Origin: Candidatus Hydrogenedentota bacterium
Lineage (GTDB): Bacteria; Hydrogenedentota; Hydrogenedentia; Hydrogenedentales; JAEUWI01
Assembly (NCBI GenBank): GCA_034669905.1
Contig: JAXMOL010000006.1
Coordinates: forward strand, 96,001-160,000
DNA length: 64,000 nt
Direction: 5' to 3'
Made by a program: the position numbers and the translations under genes. Every line of letters starts with the position of its first letter. Position 1 is the first letter of the stretch. The notes below the pieces were generated by a model. That model did not search any database, was not told the origin of the DNA, and was given only the letters and a program-made list of their open reading frames with translations. Shown in pieces: positions 28,524 to 38,476 of the stretch.

Positions 28524-29614
28524 ACCGAGAAGTAACCGCGGTCATCACGCTTGTGCTCGCCCTCGTGGCGGGCGGTACCCTCATGGTCTACAGTGCGGTG
28601 GGCTATGAAAATGGGGCCACGGAACCCCGGACCCATCTCTATGCGTTGACCATCGGGATTATTGCCCTGCTTGTCGCCATGCGTTTCGACTACCACCGTC
28701 TTCGTGATCCCTTTGTATTTCGGAGTATCGTGCTCTTATCCCTGTTTCTTCTGGTCTACGTGTTGATCGGCGGAGTGACGGCCAACGGTGCCCAGCGCTG
28801 GATCGCTATCGGCGGCCTTCGCTTTCAGCCTTCAGAGTTCGCCAAGTTTGCGCTCATCTTATTGTTGGCCGTGAAACTAACAGACAACCGGGATCAAATT
28901 CGAAAGTTCTTTTCCGGTTTTTTGCCTCCGGTGTGTATTGCCGGACTCTTCGCCGGGCTGGTTCTGGCTGAGAAAGATTTGGGGGTGCCCATCGTGATGA
29001 TGGCCGTCGCCTATCTCATGATGATGGTGGCGGGGGTGTCGTGGCGCTACATGTTCATGAGCGTCTTGCCCCTGGGTGCCATCGTTGTGGTTGCGATCGT
29101 CAAGAGTCCCCACCGGGTGGAGCGGCTCGTGGCCTTTCGTGATCCCTGGGCGGATCCCCTGGATTCGGGGTTCAATCTCATACAGTCCTACTCGGCCTTC
29201 GCCCAGGGTGGGCTGTGGGGGAAGGGAGCCGGGGGAAGCGAGCAGAAGCTTGGATACCTCTATGCCAGCCACACGGATTTCGTCTACGCCCTCGTGGGTG
29301 AAGAGTTTGGATTGGCCGGAACCCTGACGGTGCTACTGCTCTTCGTGGGGCTGCTGGTGGCCGGCTATCGGATCGCGACCAACGCCTCGGACATGTTCGG
29401 CGCCTTGCTGGCCACGGGAATCGTGGCACTCTTTTCTGTGCAGGCATTGATTATTATGATGGTGACGATTGGTCTTTTGCCCACCAAGGGGCTACCCCTT
29501 CCGTTCATCAGCTATGGGGGCACCGCCCTTATCGTTTTTCTGGGATTGACGGGCGTGCTGGCCAATGTGGGTATTCAGGCGACGCCGCCGGACTCAGGGT
29601 CGAAACGGGTATGA
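28520..29614 (+). CDS. ftsW: SEDS peptidoglycan glycosyltransferase FtsW
   Basis: GAQRW, FQPSEFAK, HTDFVY, GEEFG, PTKGLPLPFISYGG. Confidence 0.95.
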   Translation: MNREVTAVITLVLALVAGGTLMVYSAVGYENGATEPRTHLYALTIGIIALLVAMRFDYHRLRDPFVFRSIVLLSLFLLVYVLIGGVTANGAQRWIAIGGLRFQPSEFAKFALILLLAVKLTDNRDQIRKFFSGFLPPVCIAGLFAGLVLAEKDLGVPIVMMAVAYLMMMVAGVSWRYMFMSVLPLGAIVVVAIVKSPHRVERLVAFRDPWADPLDSGFNLIQSYSAFAQGGLWGKGAGGSEQKLGYLYASHTDFVYALVGEEFGLAGTLTVLLLFVGLLVAGYRIATNASDMFGALLATGIVALFSVQALIIMMVTIGLLPTKGLPLPFISYGGTALIVFLGLTGVLANVGIQATPPDSGSKRV

Positions 29615-29726
29615 CAAGCGGTCCCACCCGATGATACTATAATCCTTTCTGCGGGGGCGGTTTTTCCCGCATCGACGTGTTGGGGAGTGTTATTGGGGGC
29701 AATAACGTTTATTAGAGGGATGAATC

Positions 29727-30881
29727 ATGCGGATTATGGTTTCCGGTGGTGGTACGGGAGGTCATACCTCGCCGTTAATCGCTGTCTATGAGGAACTGCG
29801 CCGGCGTGATCCCCAATTGCGCGCCCAGTGGGTGGGCTGTTCGGGCCGTATTGAAGAGACCCTGAGCAAACGGCTGGCGATTCCGTTTCGGGCGATCCCG
29901 GTGGCGGGCTGGCCCCGCAAACGGGGCCTGAAACAGCTCTGGGTGGCCTTCCGGCTCGTGTTAAGTATGGTACGTTCGCTCCTCCTTATCCGCTCTTTTC
30001 GTCCCCAGGTGGTCTTTGGTGTTGGAGGCTATGTCTCCCTGCCCCTCTTGTGGGTGGCGCAGTGGATGGGGGTCCCCACCGTTATCCATGAGCAGAACCG
30101 CCGTCTGGGCATGGCCAACCGCTTGCTGGCACCCCGCGCTGCCCGGGTCTATCTGAGCTTCGATGATACCCAGGGGGAATATCCTGAGGAACGGGCCGAG
30201 GTCGTGGGCAATCCGATCCGCCCCGAATTTGTCTTTCCGCCCGAGCGGTCGGAGGCGTGCGCCAAACTGGGCCTCCGGGAAGGTGCCCCTATCGTCTTGG
30301 TTTGTGGTGGCAGCCAGGGCGCACGACGAATCAACGATGCCGTGCTGGCCAGTCTCGACGCACTGACCGCCGCTGGCATTCAGCTGATTTGGGCCACGGG
30401 AAAAGCCGATGGGGAGCGGGCCCGTGAGGCGGCGTCCCGCGCTGGGGGAACCATTCAGGTCCACGAATTTGTGGACGATATGGTCACCGCATGTGCGGCG
30501 GCGGATTTGGTGGTGGGCCGTGCCGGTGCCTCGACAACTGCGGAATTGGCGGCGTTGGGAAAACCCTGTATACTGATACCGTACCCACACGCGACGGACA
30601 ACCACCAGATGCAAAACGCCCGGGCATTCGAAGATGCCGGGGCAGGACGGATCGTGGAGGATTTCGAATGCACCGCCGAGCGATTGAGCGCGTTGGTGTT
30701 GGAGATGGTGGAAGACACGGCGGCGCTGGCGGAGATGGGACGACGTGCCCGCAGTCTGGCCAAAAATATGGCAGGAGAACAAATTGCGGAAGGGATTATG
30801 CATCTGGTTTTTGGTGTGGAGCAGGGCGATACGGTGCCTGTAGTCGCCCGCAATGAAACCGAGCAGGACGGACAGGAGTAG
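29727..30881 (+). CDS. murG: Lipid I GlcNAc transferase
   Basis: GGGTGGH, GGYVS, HEQN, GNPIR, GGSQGA, RAGAST, HQMQNA; TATAAT at 29638-29643 suggests an internal promoter. Confidence 0.96.
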   Translation: MRIMVSGGGTGGHTSPLIAVYEELRRRDPQLRAQWVGCSGRIEETLSKRLAIPFRAIPVAGWPRKRGLKQLWVAFRLVLSMVRSLLLIRSFRPQVVFGVGGYVSLPLLWVAQWMGVPTVIHEQNRRLGMANRLLAPRAARVYLSFDDTQGEYPEERAEVVGNPIRPEFVFPPERSEACAKLGLREGAPIVLVCGGSQGARRINDAVLASLDALTAAGIQLIWATGKADGERAREAASRAGGTIQVHEFVDDMVTACAAADLVVGRAGASTTAELAALGKPCILIPYPHATDNHQMQNARAFEDAGAGRIVEDFECTAERLSALVLEMVEDTAALAEMGRRARSLAKNMAGEQIAEGIMHLVFGVEQGDTVPVVARNETEQDGQE

Positions 30882-30883
30882 CG

Positions 30884-31831
30884 GTGAGTAGCGATTTTTT
30901 TACCATAGCGATGGATTCACTCAAGACCGATTTGGTGACCGGATTCGACCTCTATCTGCTGCCCAAATCAGGCAGCGAGCCCGTGTTGTACCGAGAAAAA
31001 TCGTTGCCTTTTGACGAACGCGTTCGGGAACGGTTGCGCGAAAATAATATCGCGGAATTTCTGGTGAAGAATACGGACCGGAAGGCCTGGGTATCCTACT
31101 CCGTCGCTGTGCTTCCCGAGTATCTGGCAGATTCCTCGAAGCCCGTCGAAGAGCGGGCCGGCATTCTCTATGAATCGGCCCAGGGCCTTGTACAGGAGCT
31201 GCTCACCAATCCTAAATCGGAAGATCTGGTGGCCCAGAGCCGCGAAGCGGCATCGGGCATGGTAGAGTTCTTGTCCAAAGAGAGTACGTCGTTTTACGAG
31301 CTGATGCAGCTTACATCGTACGATTATTACACCTACACGCACAGCGTGAACGTGTTCGTGTATAGCGTCTCGCTCGCCCAAAAGCTGGGGAAGAGTGGTC
31401 CCAAGTTGGATGAATTTGCCCACGGTGCCCTGATGCATGATATTGGCAAACGGCTCATCGACAACGACATCACCAATGCCCCCGGTGGCCTCAGTGAAGA
31501 GCAGTGGCAGCAGATGCAGAAGCATCCGGTCCATGGTTATGAAATCCTGCTGCAGCAGGGGGAAACCAGCCAGATCGCGCTGGATGTCACCCGTCACCAC
31601 CATGAGAAATTAAACGGCCGCGGCTACCCGGATGGGTTGAAGGGGGATGAGATTTCGGAGTGGGCCCGCATCGCGACCATCGCCGACATTTTTGATGCCC
31701 TGACAACCCAACGCTCTTACAAAGACGCCATGGATACCTTTCCGGCCCTCCAGTTTATGAAAGAAAAGATGAGTGACGAGTTGGATCCTCACTTTTTTCA
31801 GACCTTCGTGGCGCTGATGGCGGGGCGCTAG
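30884..31831 (+). CDS. HD-GYP domain cyclic dinucleotide phosphodiesterase
   Basis: YTYTHSVNV, HDIGK, HP, HHEKLNGRGYPDGLKG, IADIFDALT, RSYK. Confidence 0.92.
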   Translation: MSSDFFTIAMDSLKTDLVTGFDLYLLPKSGSEPVLYREKSLPFDERVRERLRENNIAEFLVKNTDRKAWVSYSVAVLPEYLADSSKPVEERAGILYESAQGLVQELLTNPKSEDLVAQSREAASGMVEFLSKESTSFYELMQLTSYDYYTYTHSVNVFVYSVSLAQKLGKSGPKLDEFAHGALMHDIGKRLIDNDITNAPGGLSEEQWQQMQKHPVHGYEILLQQGETSQIALDVTRHHHEKLNGRGYPDGLKGDEISEWARIATIADIFDALTTQRSYKDAMDTFPALQFMKEKMSDELDPHFFQTFVALMAGR

Positions 31832-31915
31832 ATCAGGGGCAAGCAACCCAGCGTGGATGTGGGGCGACCGGAGTATTCCAGGAAGGTGGCGCCATCAACG
31901 ACCCGAGGAAAAAAC

Positions 31916-32995
31916 ATGCGAATCGCGACAATACTACTCTTAGCATTGGCGGGGCTTTCGGCCTCCTTGACGACCGCCGCCGCACCGGTTGAAAACGTGT
32001 TGCTGGTGTCGTGGGATGGACTCCGATGGCAAGAACTCTTTGGCGGTGCCGATGCGCGCCTTTTGACACCCGAAGCCAAGGCCAATGAAAATGCGGCGGA
32101 GGTGAAGGAAGCATTCTGGGCCGATAGCCCCGAGGCACGACGCGAAACCCTGTTGCCCTGGTTCTGGGGGACCCTCGCGAAGGAGGGCCAGGTCTACGGA
32201 CACGCCGAGAGTGGGAGTCCGTCGGTGGTGACCAATGGCCTGAATTTCTCTTATCCTGGCTATGCGGAAATGCTGACCGGCATCGTCGATCCGAAGATTG
32301 ATTCCAACGCCAAGAAGAATAACGCGAACGTCACGGTGTTGGAGTGGCTGAATCAGCAGCCGGGATTCGAAAAAAGCGTTGCCGCCTTCGCCTCCTGGGA
32401 TGTGTTCCCCTATATTATCAACGCCGAGCGGAGTGGTATCCCGGTGAATGCGGGATGGATGCCCCTCACTGTCTCGAATGACCCGGAGCATCTCCGCTTT
32501 CTCAATCAGATATCCGACGAGACCCCCCACTATTGGGGTGGGATTCGATTTGACTTCACCACCTTTCATGGCGCGGTGGAGTATGTGAAAGCGAAGCAGC
32601 CCCGGGTCCTCTATGTGGCCTTTGGTGAAACCGATGACTGGGCCCACGACAAACGCTATGACATGTATCTCGCCGCTGCCCGACGCACCGATGACTATGT
32701 GCGGCGGCTGTGGGAATTGCTCCAGTCCATGCCCCAATACGCAGGAAAGACGGCGCTGGTCATGACGACCGACCACGGTCGGGGTGACACGATTGACGAC
32801 TGGACCGGCCACGGGGCAAAGGTGGTGGGCTCGGAGCGCATCTGGATGGCCCTCTATGGCGCGGGCATTCCTGCGAAGGGGTTGGTGAAGAATATCCCGA
32901 CCACCCAGGCACAGGTGGCGGCTACGGTAGCTCACCTGCTGGGAAAAGACTTCCAGCAAGCCAACCCGGAGGCGGCGGCACCCTTGAAGCCATAA
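31916..32995 (+). CDS. Secreted alkaline-phosphatase-superfamily protein
   Basis: Signal peptide; VSWDGLRWQE, FSYPGY, GETDDWAH, TTDHGRG. Confidence 0.85.
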   Translation: MRIATILLLALAGLSASLTTAAAPVENVLLVSWDGLRWQELFGGADARLLTPEAKANENAAEVKEAFWADSPEARRETLLPWFWGTLAKEGQVYGHAESGSPSVVTNGLNFSYPGYAEMLTGIVDPKIDSNAKKNNANVTVLEWLNQQPGFEKSVAAFASWDVFPYIINAERSGIPVNAGWMPLTVSNDPEHLRFLNQISDETPHYWGGIRFDFTTFHGAVEYVKAKQPRVLYVAFGETDDWAHDKRYDMYLAAARRTDDYVRRLWELLQSMPQYAGKTALVMTTDHGRGDTIDDWTGHGAKVVGSERIWMALYGAGIPAKGLVKNIPTTQAQVAATVAHLLGKDFQQANPEAAAPLKP

Positions 32996-33031
32996 CGGAT
33001 CCCCCAGGGTTTCATAGAAAGTAGGCTCCCC

Positions 33032-34885
33032 ATGTCTTTTATCAAACGTCGTGGCCGATTGGGCCTGCTCTTGTTGTCCACTCTGGCCGCAATGCATAGC
33101 GGTAATGGGGAGGCCGAAGACTGGCCCTACTATGGTCAGGACCCCGGGGGCGCTCGCTTTTCTGCACTCGACCAGATTAATCGGGGGAATGTGGCCCAAC
33201 TGGAGCGGGCGTGGACCTATCGCACCGGGGATATCGCCGAGGGGACGGCCCATTACACGGAGTGCACACCCCTCATGGTGGACGGGGTGCTCTATGTCAT
33301 CACGCCCTTCTCCCGACTCATTGCCCTCGATGCCACCAGCGGGGAGGAGCAGTTCCGCTTTTCGCCCGATCCTCCGCTCAACCTTTCCGAGACCCAGGGG
33401 GGCGGGCTCGCCAGCCGTGGCGTGACCTATTGGACCTCGGGTACGAAGCGGCGCATCTTTCTGCCGGTGCGCGACGGACGAATCTATTCCATTGATCTGG
33501 ACACCCGTCTGCCAGACCCGGAATTTGGCGACGGGGGTTGTCTCAATCTGCGGGACGGTCTGGCCGATGGCGGGGGCTACCTGTTCCTGAGCTCACCCCC
33601 TTCCGTGTGCCAGGATGTCTTGCTCCAGCCCTATGGCATATCGGACTCGTCGTCAAAACGGCTGCACTACGTGCCCCTGCGCGCCTTTGATGCCCACACG
33701 GGGAAAGGGGTTTGGACCTTTGATACGGTGCCCCAACCCGGCCAATTGGGCTACGACACCTGGGAGGCAGGCAGCAGTGCGGACCGGTCCGGGTGTAATC
33801 CCTGGGCCCCCATCAGTGCCGACCTAGAGCGGGGCATTTTCTATGCCCCCCTCGGCGCGCCCAACAGCGACAAGTACGGCGGCGACCGCAAGGGCGACAA
33901 CCTCTTCGCCAATACGCTGGTGGCCTTGGAGGCGAAGACGGGTAAGCGCCTGTGGCACTTCCAGACGGTGCATCACGACATCTGGGATTATGATCTGCCC
34001 GCCATGCCCATACTCTTCGACCTGAAGCAGGATGGGAAAACCATTCCCGCCGTGGCCGTCGTGGGGAAAACGGGCTTCGTCTATACCTTTGATCGCGTCA
34101 CTGGCACGCCCATCTTTCCCATAGAAGAGCGCCCCGTTCCGGCGAGCACCGTGCCGGGTGAAGTGGCGTCGCCGACCCAGCCTTTTCCCACGAAACCACC
34201 CGCCTTCGCCCGGCAGGGCATGACACGGGACGATCTACACAGTGTGGACCCCGCGGCGCTGGAAGCCCTTCAAAAACAGTACGACGGGTTTCGCTCCGAG
34301 GGGCTGTTTACCCCCCCTTCTCCCGAGGGTAGCATCGTGTTTCCCGGACAACTGGGTGGTGGCAATTGGTCGGGTGCCGCGGTCTCACCGGGCGGAATGT
34401 TGTACGTTGCGGCGAATGAATTGCCCTATGTCACCCAGGTGACAAAAGACGGCAAAGGTAATTACGGCGTTTCCGCTCGGGCGCGCCATTTTCGGGATTC
34501 GAAAGGATACCCGGCCATCAAGCCCCCCTGGGGTACAGTTACGAAACTGGACCTCGCCGGGGGAACCCTCGTCTGGCAAAAGCCACTGGGTGACTTCGAG
34601 GAGGTGGCGTGGGAGGGCCCGACGGGTCAAATGAACTTTGGTGGTGGCACCGTCACCGCAGGCGGCCTCTTTTTCGTGGCCGCGGCATTGGACGCAAAAC
34701 TTCGCGCCTTTGATGTGGACACGGGGGAGGTGCTCGCGGCCTATGACACCGAGGTGGCGGGGCAAGGCGCACCCGTGACCTATCTCGGACGGGACGGAAA
34801 ACAGTATGTGGCCCTCTTTGCGGGGGGCGGTGGGAAGGCCAAGGGCACCAAGGGGGATTATGTATTGGCCTTTCGCCTGAAATAA
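33032..34885 (+). CDS. Soluble PQQ-dependent dehydrogenase (glucose/quinate family)
   Basis: WPYYG...RFSALDQIN, WHFQTVHHDIWDYD, PIEERPVP, PTQPFP, PPWG. Confidence 0.88.
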   Translation: MSFIKRRGRLGLLLLSTLAAMHSGNGEAEDWPYYGQDPGGARFSALDQINRGNVAQLERAWTYRTGDIAEGTAHYTECTPLMVDGVLYVITPFSRLIALDATSGEEQFRFSPDPPLNLSETQGGGLASRGVTYWTSGTKRRIFLPVRDGRIYSIDLDTRLPDPEFGDGGCLNLRDGLADGGGYLFLSSPPSVCQDVLLQPYGISDSSSKRLHYVPLRAFDAHTGKGVWTFDTVPQPGQLGYDTWEAGSSADRSGCNPWAPISADLERGIFYAPLGAPNSDKYGGDRKGDNLFANTLVALEAKTGKRLWHFQTVHHDIWDYDLPAMPILFDLKQDGKTIPAVAVVGKTGFVYTFDRVTGTPIFPIEERPVPASTVPGEVASPTQPFPTKPPAFARQGMTRDDLHSVDPAALEALQKQYDGFRSEGLFTPPSPEGSIVFPGQLGGGNWSGAAVSPGGMLYVAANELPYVTQVTKDGKGNYGVSARARHFRDSKGYPAIKPPWGTVTKLDLAGGTLVWQKPLGDFEEVAWEGPTGQMNFGGGTVTAGGLFFVAAALDAKLRAFDVDTGEVLAAYDTEVAGQGAPVTYLGRDGKQYVALFAGGGGKAKGTKGDYVLAFRLK

Positions 34886-34905
34886 CGTCGACTGTCGGAG
34901 AGGTC

Positions 34906-36327
34906 ATGCCACCCAAACGACCCAACATCCTCCTCCTTATGACGGACCAGCAGCGCTACGACTCGCTGGGCTGCTATGGCGCGGACTTCGCCCACACGCC
35001 CCACTTGGATCGCCTGGCGGCGGAGGGCGTGGCCTTCGAAAATTGCTACGTCAACAACCCCATCTGTACGCCTTCGCGGGCGAGTCTTATGACGGGGAAA
35101 CACATCGTCGACCATGGCGTGTGCCAACTCAATGATCACCTTTCCCATGAGCAGGTACTCTTTCCCGAGCGCCTTCGGGAACAGGGATACCAGACCGCGC
35201 TGTTTGGCAAACTCCACGTGTCGGCGGCGGCGACGGAAAGCCAGACCCGTCACCCCCACGACGGCTTCGATATTTACGAGTTGTGCAATGAGGGGTGCAT
35301 GCATATGGATGCACCTCATCAGGCCTATGCGCGGTGGCTGGAGAATAAAGACCCGGCGTTCTACAAGCGATTGAAGGCCGACGGGCGGGGCGTGACCCAT
35401 GTGCCCCAACATCTCCATATGACCCACTGGGCCGCCGAGCGGACCCTCGGATTTCTGGAGCACGAGCGTGACCCGGACAAGCCCTTCTTTTGCATGATGA
35501 GTGTCTTTGAACCCCACAATCCCTACGAACACTACCCGCAGGAAATGGGCGCCTTGGTGAACCGGGAAGCCATCCCACCACCGACCCCGCGTGGGCAGGG
35601 GCCTGAGCCGGCAGACATTGCCCGGGAGCGACACGAGAACTATTTCGCGGATGTGGATACCCTGTCACCGGCGGACATGGCCACGATGCGCCATGGCTAC
35701 CACGCGTCGGTGGCCTATGGCGATCGGGAGTTTGGTCGGGTGCTGGACAAGCTCGATGCCCTTGGGTTGACGGAGGAAACCCTGGTCATCTTTACGAGCG
35801 ACCACGGCGACATGCTGGGGGATCACGGATTGGTGGTGAAGGGGGCCTTTTTCTACGACCCCAATGTGCGGGTGCCCTTGCTTATGCGCTGGCCCCAGGG
35901 CTTCGATGGCGGACGACGGGTTGGGGGACTGGTGCAACTCCATGATCTTGCCGCCACGGTCTTGGCGGCGGCGGGTGTGCCCGAAGCGGAAAACGCTTCG
36001 CAAATGCCCGACGCGCGTGACGTGCTGCCCCTCGCGCGGGGGGAAGCCCGCGTGGTACACGACGCGGGCTACTGCTGCTATCGAAATTCCGGCATGAGCA
36101 ATGGTCACCGGTATTGGGAACCACCCATCAACGCCACCATGATTCGAAGCGGACGCTACAAGCTGAATGTTTGGCACGACACGGGGGAGGGCGAACTGTA
36201 TGATTTGGAGCGGGACCCCATGGAACAGGAGAATCTGTGGGACGTTGCGGGTATGAAACAGGTTAGGATGGAGCTTTCCACGGCTATCGCCGACTGGACA
36301 GTGCAAGAATCTAGTGGTCCAAGCTAA
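34906..36327 (+). CDS. Sulfatase (Cys-type formylglycine)
   Basis: PNILLLMTDQQR, CTPSRASLMTG, GKLH, SDHGDMLG. Confidence 0.92.
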   Translation: MPPKRPNILLLMTDQQRYDSLGCYGADFAHTPHLDRLAAEGVAFENCYVNNPICTPSRASLMTGKHIVDHGVCQLNDHLSHEQVLFPERLREQGYQTALFGKLHVSAAATESQTRHPHDGFDIYELCNEGCMHMDAPHQAYARWLENKDPAFYKRLKADGRGVTHVPQHLHMTHWAAERTLGFLEHERDPDKPFFCMMSVFEPHNPYEHYPQEMGALVNREAIPPPTPRGQGPEPADIARERHENYFADVDTLSPADMATMRHGYHASVAYGDREFGRVLDKLDALGLTEETLVIFTSDHGDMLGDHGLVVKGAFFYDPNVRVPLLMRWPQGFDGGRRVGGLVQLHDLAATVLAAAGVPEAENASQMPDARDVLPLARGEARVVHDAGYCCYRNSGMSNGHRYWEPPINATMIRSGRYKLNVWHDTGEGELYDLERDPMEQENLWDVAGMKQVRMELSTAIADWTVQESSGPS

Positions 36328-36502
36328 ACCACCGGCTCTGCCGTTCCTGAGCTAGTTGCTGGCAATCATATACTGGCGGTGTGTGCCATGTTCCTTTTTA
36401 GTCCCTAGGGGACTAAATGCGTTGGCTTCGTCCATGGGTTTGACAAATCGGCCCCCTTTTAGGGGCCTCCCTCATATTCCCGGCTCTGCCGGTGGTTGCT
36501 GA

Positions 36503-36550
36503 TTGACACGGGTCGGGGCTGTGCTACAATATTGTTGAAGATTTCAACAA
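36503..36550 (+). promoter_or_regulatory. Promoter and palindromic operator of the first TA pair
   Basis: TTGACA-N16-TACAAT with extended TG, followed by TTGTTGAA-GAT-TTCAACAA (36532-36550). Confidence 0.75.
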
Positions 36551-36564
36551 AGGAGGCGATAGCC

Positions 36565-36798
36565 ATGGGCACGATGAACTTCAGTGTGCCAGACAAGGTC
36601 AAGGAAGAGTTCAACGAATACTTCGCGGGCGAAAACAAGAGCGCCATACTGACCAAGCTGATAGAAGAAGCCATCAATGAAAAGAAAAAGCAGGCACGCC
36701 GCGCCAAGGCGATGGATGCTATTTTGGAGTTCAGGAAAACCGCCAAGCCCATTACCGACGAAGAAATTTACCAGATTCGGCAGGAAATTCGTGAATGA
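36565..36798 (+). CDS. vapB: Antitoxin, RHH-like
   Basis: MNFSVPDKVKEEF; AAGGAGG SD; ATGA overlap with the PIN gene. Confidence 0.75.
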   Translation: MGTMNFSVPDKVKEEFNEYFAGENKSAILTKLIEEAINEKKKQARRAKAMDAILEFRKTAKPITDEEIYQIRQEIRE

Positions 36799-37202
36799 AG
36801 TGTGTACTTGACGCGAGTGTTATCGTCAAATGGTTTCTTGATGATGATCCCGAGGAAGAACACACAAAAGAAGCGAAGGCCCTTTTCGATAGGGTTCAGC
36901 GGGGCGAGGATGAGGTGGTGCAGCCCGTCCACTGGCGCATCGAAGTGCTATCCGTTATCGTTCGGAGGGAGCCGGGCCGGGTGGAGAGTGCAATCAACCT
37001 ACTGGATCTCCTGGCCTTTTCCGTATTGGATAATTGGGAAATACATACCCGGGCAGCCCAACTTTCGCAGAAGCACAGCCATCACTTATTCGATACGCTC
37101 TACCACGCAGTGGCGCTGGAGACGGGTGCCGAATTGGTGACGGCCGATAAAAAATATGCCCGGAAGGCCATGGCCGAAGGGGCGGTAAGATTATTGATGT
37201 GA
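36795..37202 (+). CDS. vapC: PIN domain toxin
   Basis: VLDASVIVKW, FDTLYHAVA, LVTAD. Confidence 0.92.
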   Translation: MKCVLDASVIVKWFLDDDPEEEHTKEAKALFDRVQRGEDEVVQPVHWRIEVLSVIVRREPGRVESAINLLDLLAFSVLDNWEIHTRAAQLSQKHSHHLFDTLYHAVALETGAELVTADKKYARKAMAEGAVRLLM

Positions 37203-37234
37203 GCCCTCGGGGGCCAACGTAGCGGGAGCGCATC

Positions 37235-37723
37235 GTGGATGATATGTTGAAGAAAATACTGTTTGCGGCCATTGTGGGCGTGATCCTTTTGGGAATTCTC
37301 GGGACACAGGTGGAGCAACGTCCGCCTGCCAGGGAACGGGTCGACTTGCCGACCGCGCTGCCTGTCCTGCCCCCGGAAGTGGCCGTTGGCTTTGACCAGC
37401 AGGTACTCCAGGCCTGGCAGGGTCGCCGGAGCAGTGTGCAGGTCAATGGTTCCGCCGTAGTGAGCCGCATCCTCCCCGATGACAACGAGGGCAGCCGCCA
37501 CCAGAAGTTCATCCTGCGGCTTTCGAACGGGAACACCCTCCTCATCGCCCACAATATCGATCTGGCCCCGCGCATTGGTAGCCTGCGCGAGGGCGATATG
37601 GTGGAATTCTACGGCGTCTATGAATGGAACGAAAAGGGCGGGGTCGTCCACTGGACCCACCACGATCCGCGCGGCCGTCACGTGGGCGGCTGGCTGAAAC
37701 ACAATGGGCAGACCTATCAATAG
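37235..37723 (+). CDS. DUF3465 domain protein
   Basis: LPDDNEGSRHQKFIL, IAHNIDLAPRI, HWTHHDP; N-terminal TM. Confidence 0.85.
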   Translation: MDDMLKKILFAAIVGVILLGILGTQVEQRPPARERVDLPTALPVLPPEVAVGFDQQVLQAWQGRRSSVQVNGSAVVSRILPDDNEGSRHQKFILRLSNGNTLLIAHNIDLAPRIGSLREGDMVEFYGVYEWNEKGGVVHWTHHDPRGRHVGGWLKHNGQTYQ

Positions 37724-37842
37724 GCGTTGTAGTCGTGGTATCCGGCTCAAGCAAGACGCTGTCCGGGGCTTAATTCAGCGTGACCACCTCGATTCGTATG
37801 CTACAATGAGCAAGAGCTTCATACAATATTGAGGTAAATGGT

Positions 37843-38049
37843 ATGAGAGCAACGCTGAATATAGATGATTCTCTCCTTGAGCAGGTGATGGAACTCACGG
37901 AATCCACCAATCGGTCGGAAGCGGTTCGAATCGCCTTGGCGGCCTATATTAAGGAGCAGGAAAAGCAGAAGATTCTCGCCATGCGTGGCACCGTGGATAT
38001 GGTGGACAATTGGCGTGAACTGCGTGCGCTGGATACACCGCCGTCGTGA
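37843..38049 (+). CDS. vapB: VapB antitoxin
   Basis: MRATLNIDDSLL...AVRIAL; GTGA overlap with the PIN gene. Confidence 0.88.
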   Translation: MRATLNIDDSLLEQVMELTESTNRSEAVRIALAAYIKEQEKQKILAMRGTVDMVDNWRELRALDTPPS

Positions 38050-38423
38050 GTGGAGTACTGCTTGATACCAGTGCCTGGATTGATTTCTTACGTCCAGGTG
38101 GGGGAGCGCTGGCCGAGCCGGTGGCTGCCCTTATCGAAAGCGATCGGGCCCTGCTATGTGGCGTCGTGGTTACGGAGTTGCTACACGGGGCGAAAGGCGA
38201 ACGAGAAGAGGCGCAGATAGGATATTTGATCGCGCGACTTCCCCGGTTGGCCACTACGGAGGAAGACTGGGAAGAAGCCGGTCGATTGTTGAATACATTG
38301 CGCCGACGGGGTATCACCGTTCCCCTGACGGATGGATTGATTGCGGTGATTGCCCAACGGTATGACGTGGAAATCTTGACCGCCGACCAACACTTTCAGC
38401 ATCTGCCGGTCGTCTTACATTAG
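38046..38423 (+). CDS. vapC: PIN domain toxin
   Basis: LLDTSAWIDF, ELLHG, TDGLIA, LTADQHF. Confidence 0.92.
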   Translation: MSGVLLDTSAWIDFLRPGGGALAEPVAALIESDRALLCGVVVTELLHGAKGEREEAQIGYLIARLPRLATTEEDWEEAGRLLNTLRRRGITVPLTDGLIAVIAQRYDVEILTADQHFQHLPVVLH

Positions 38424-38476
38424 GCGCGCGGCATCTCGGGCCAGGTTCTGGCGATACACTTTGGAGAGATTCTCGA

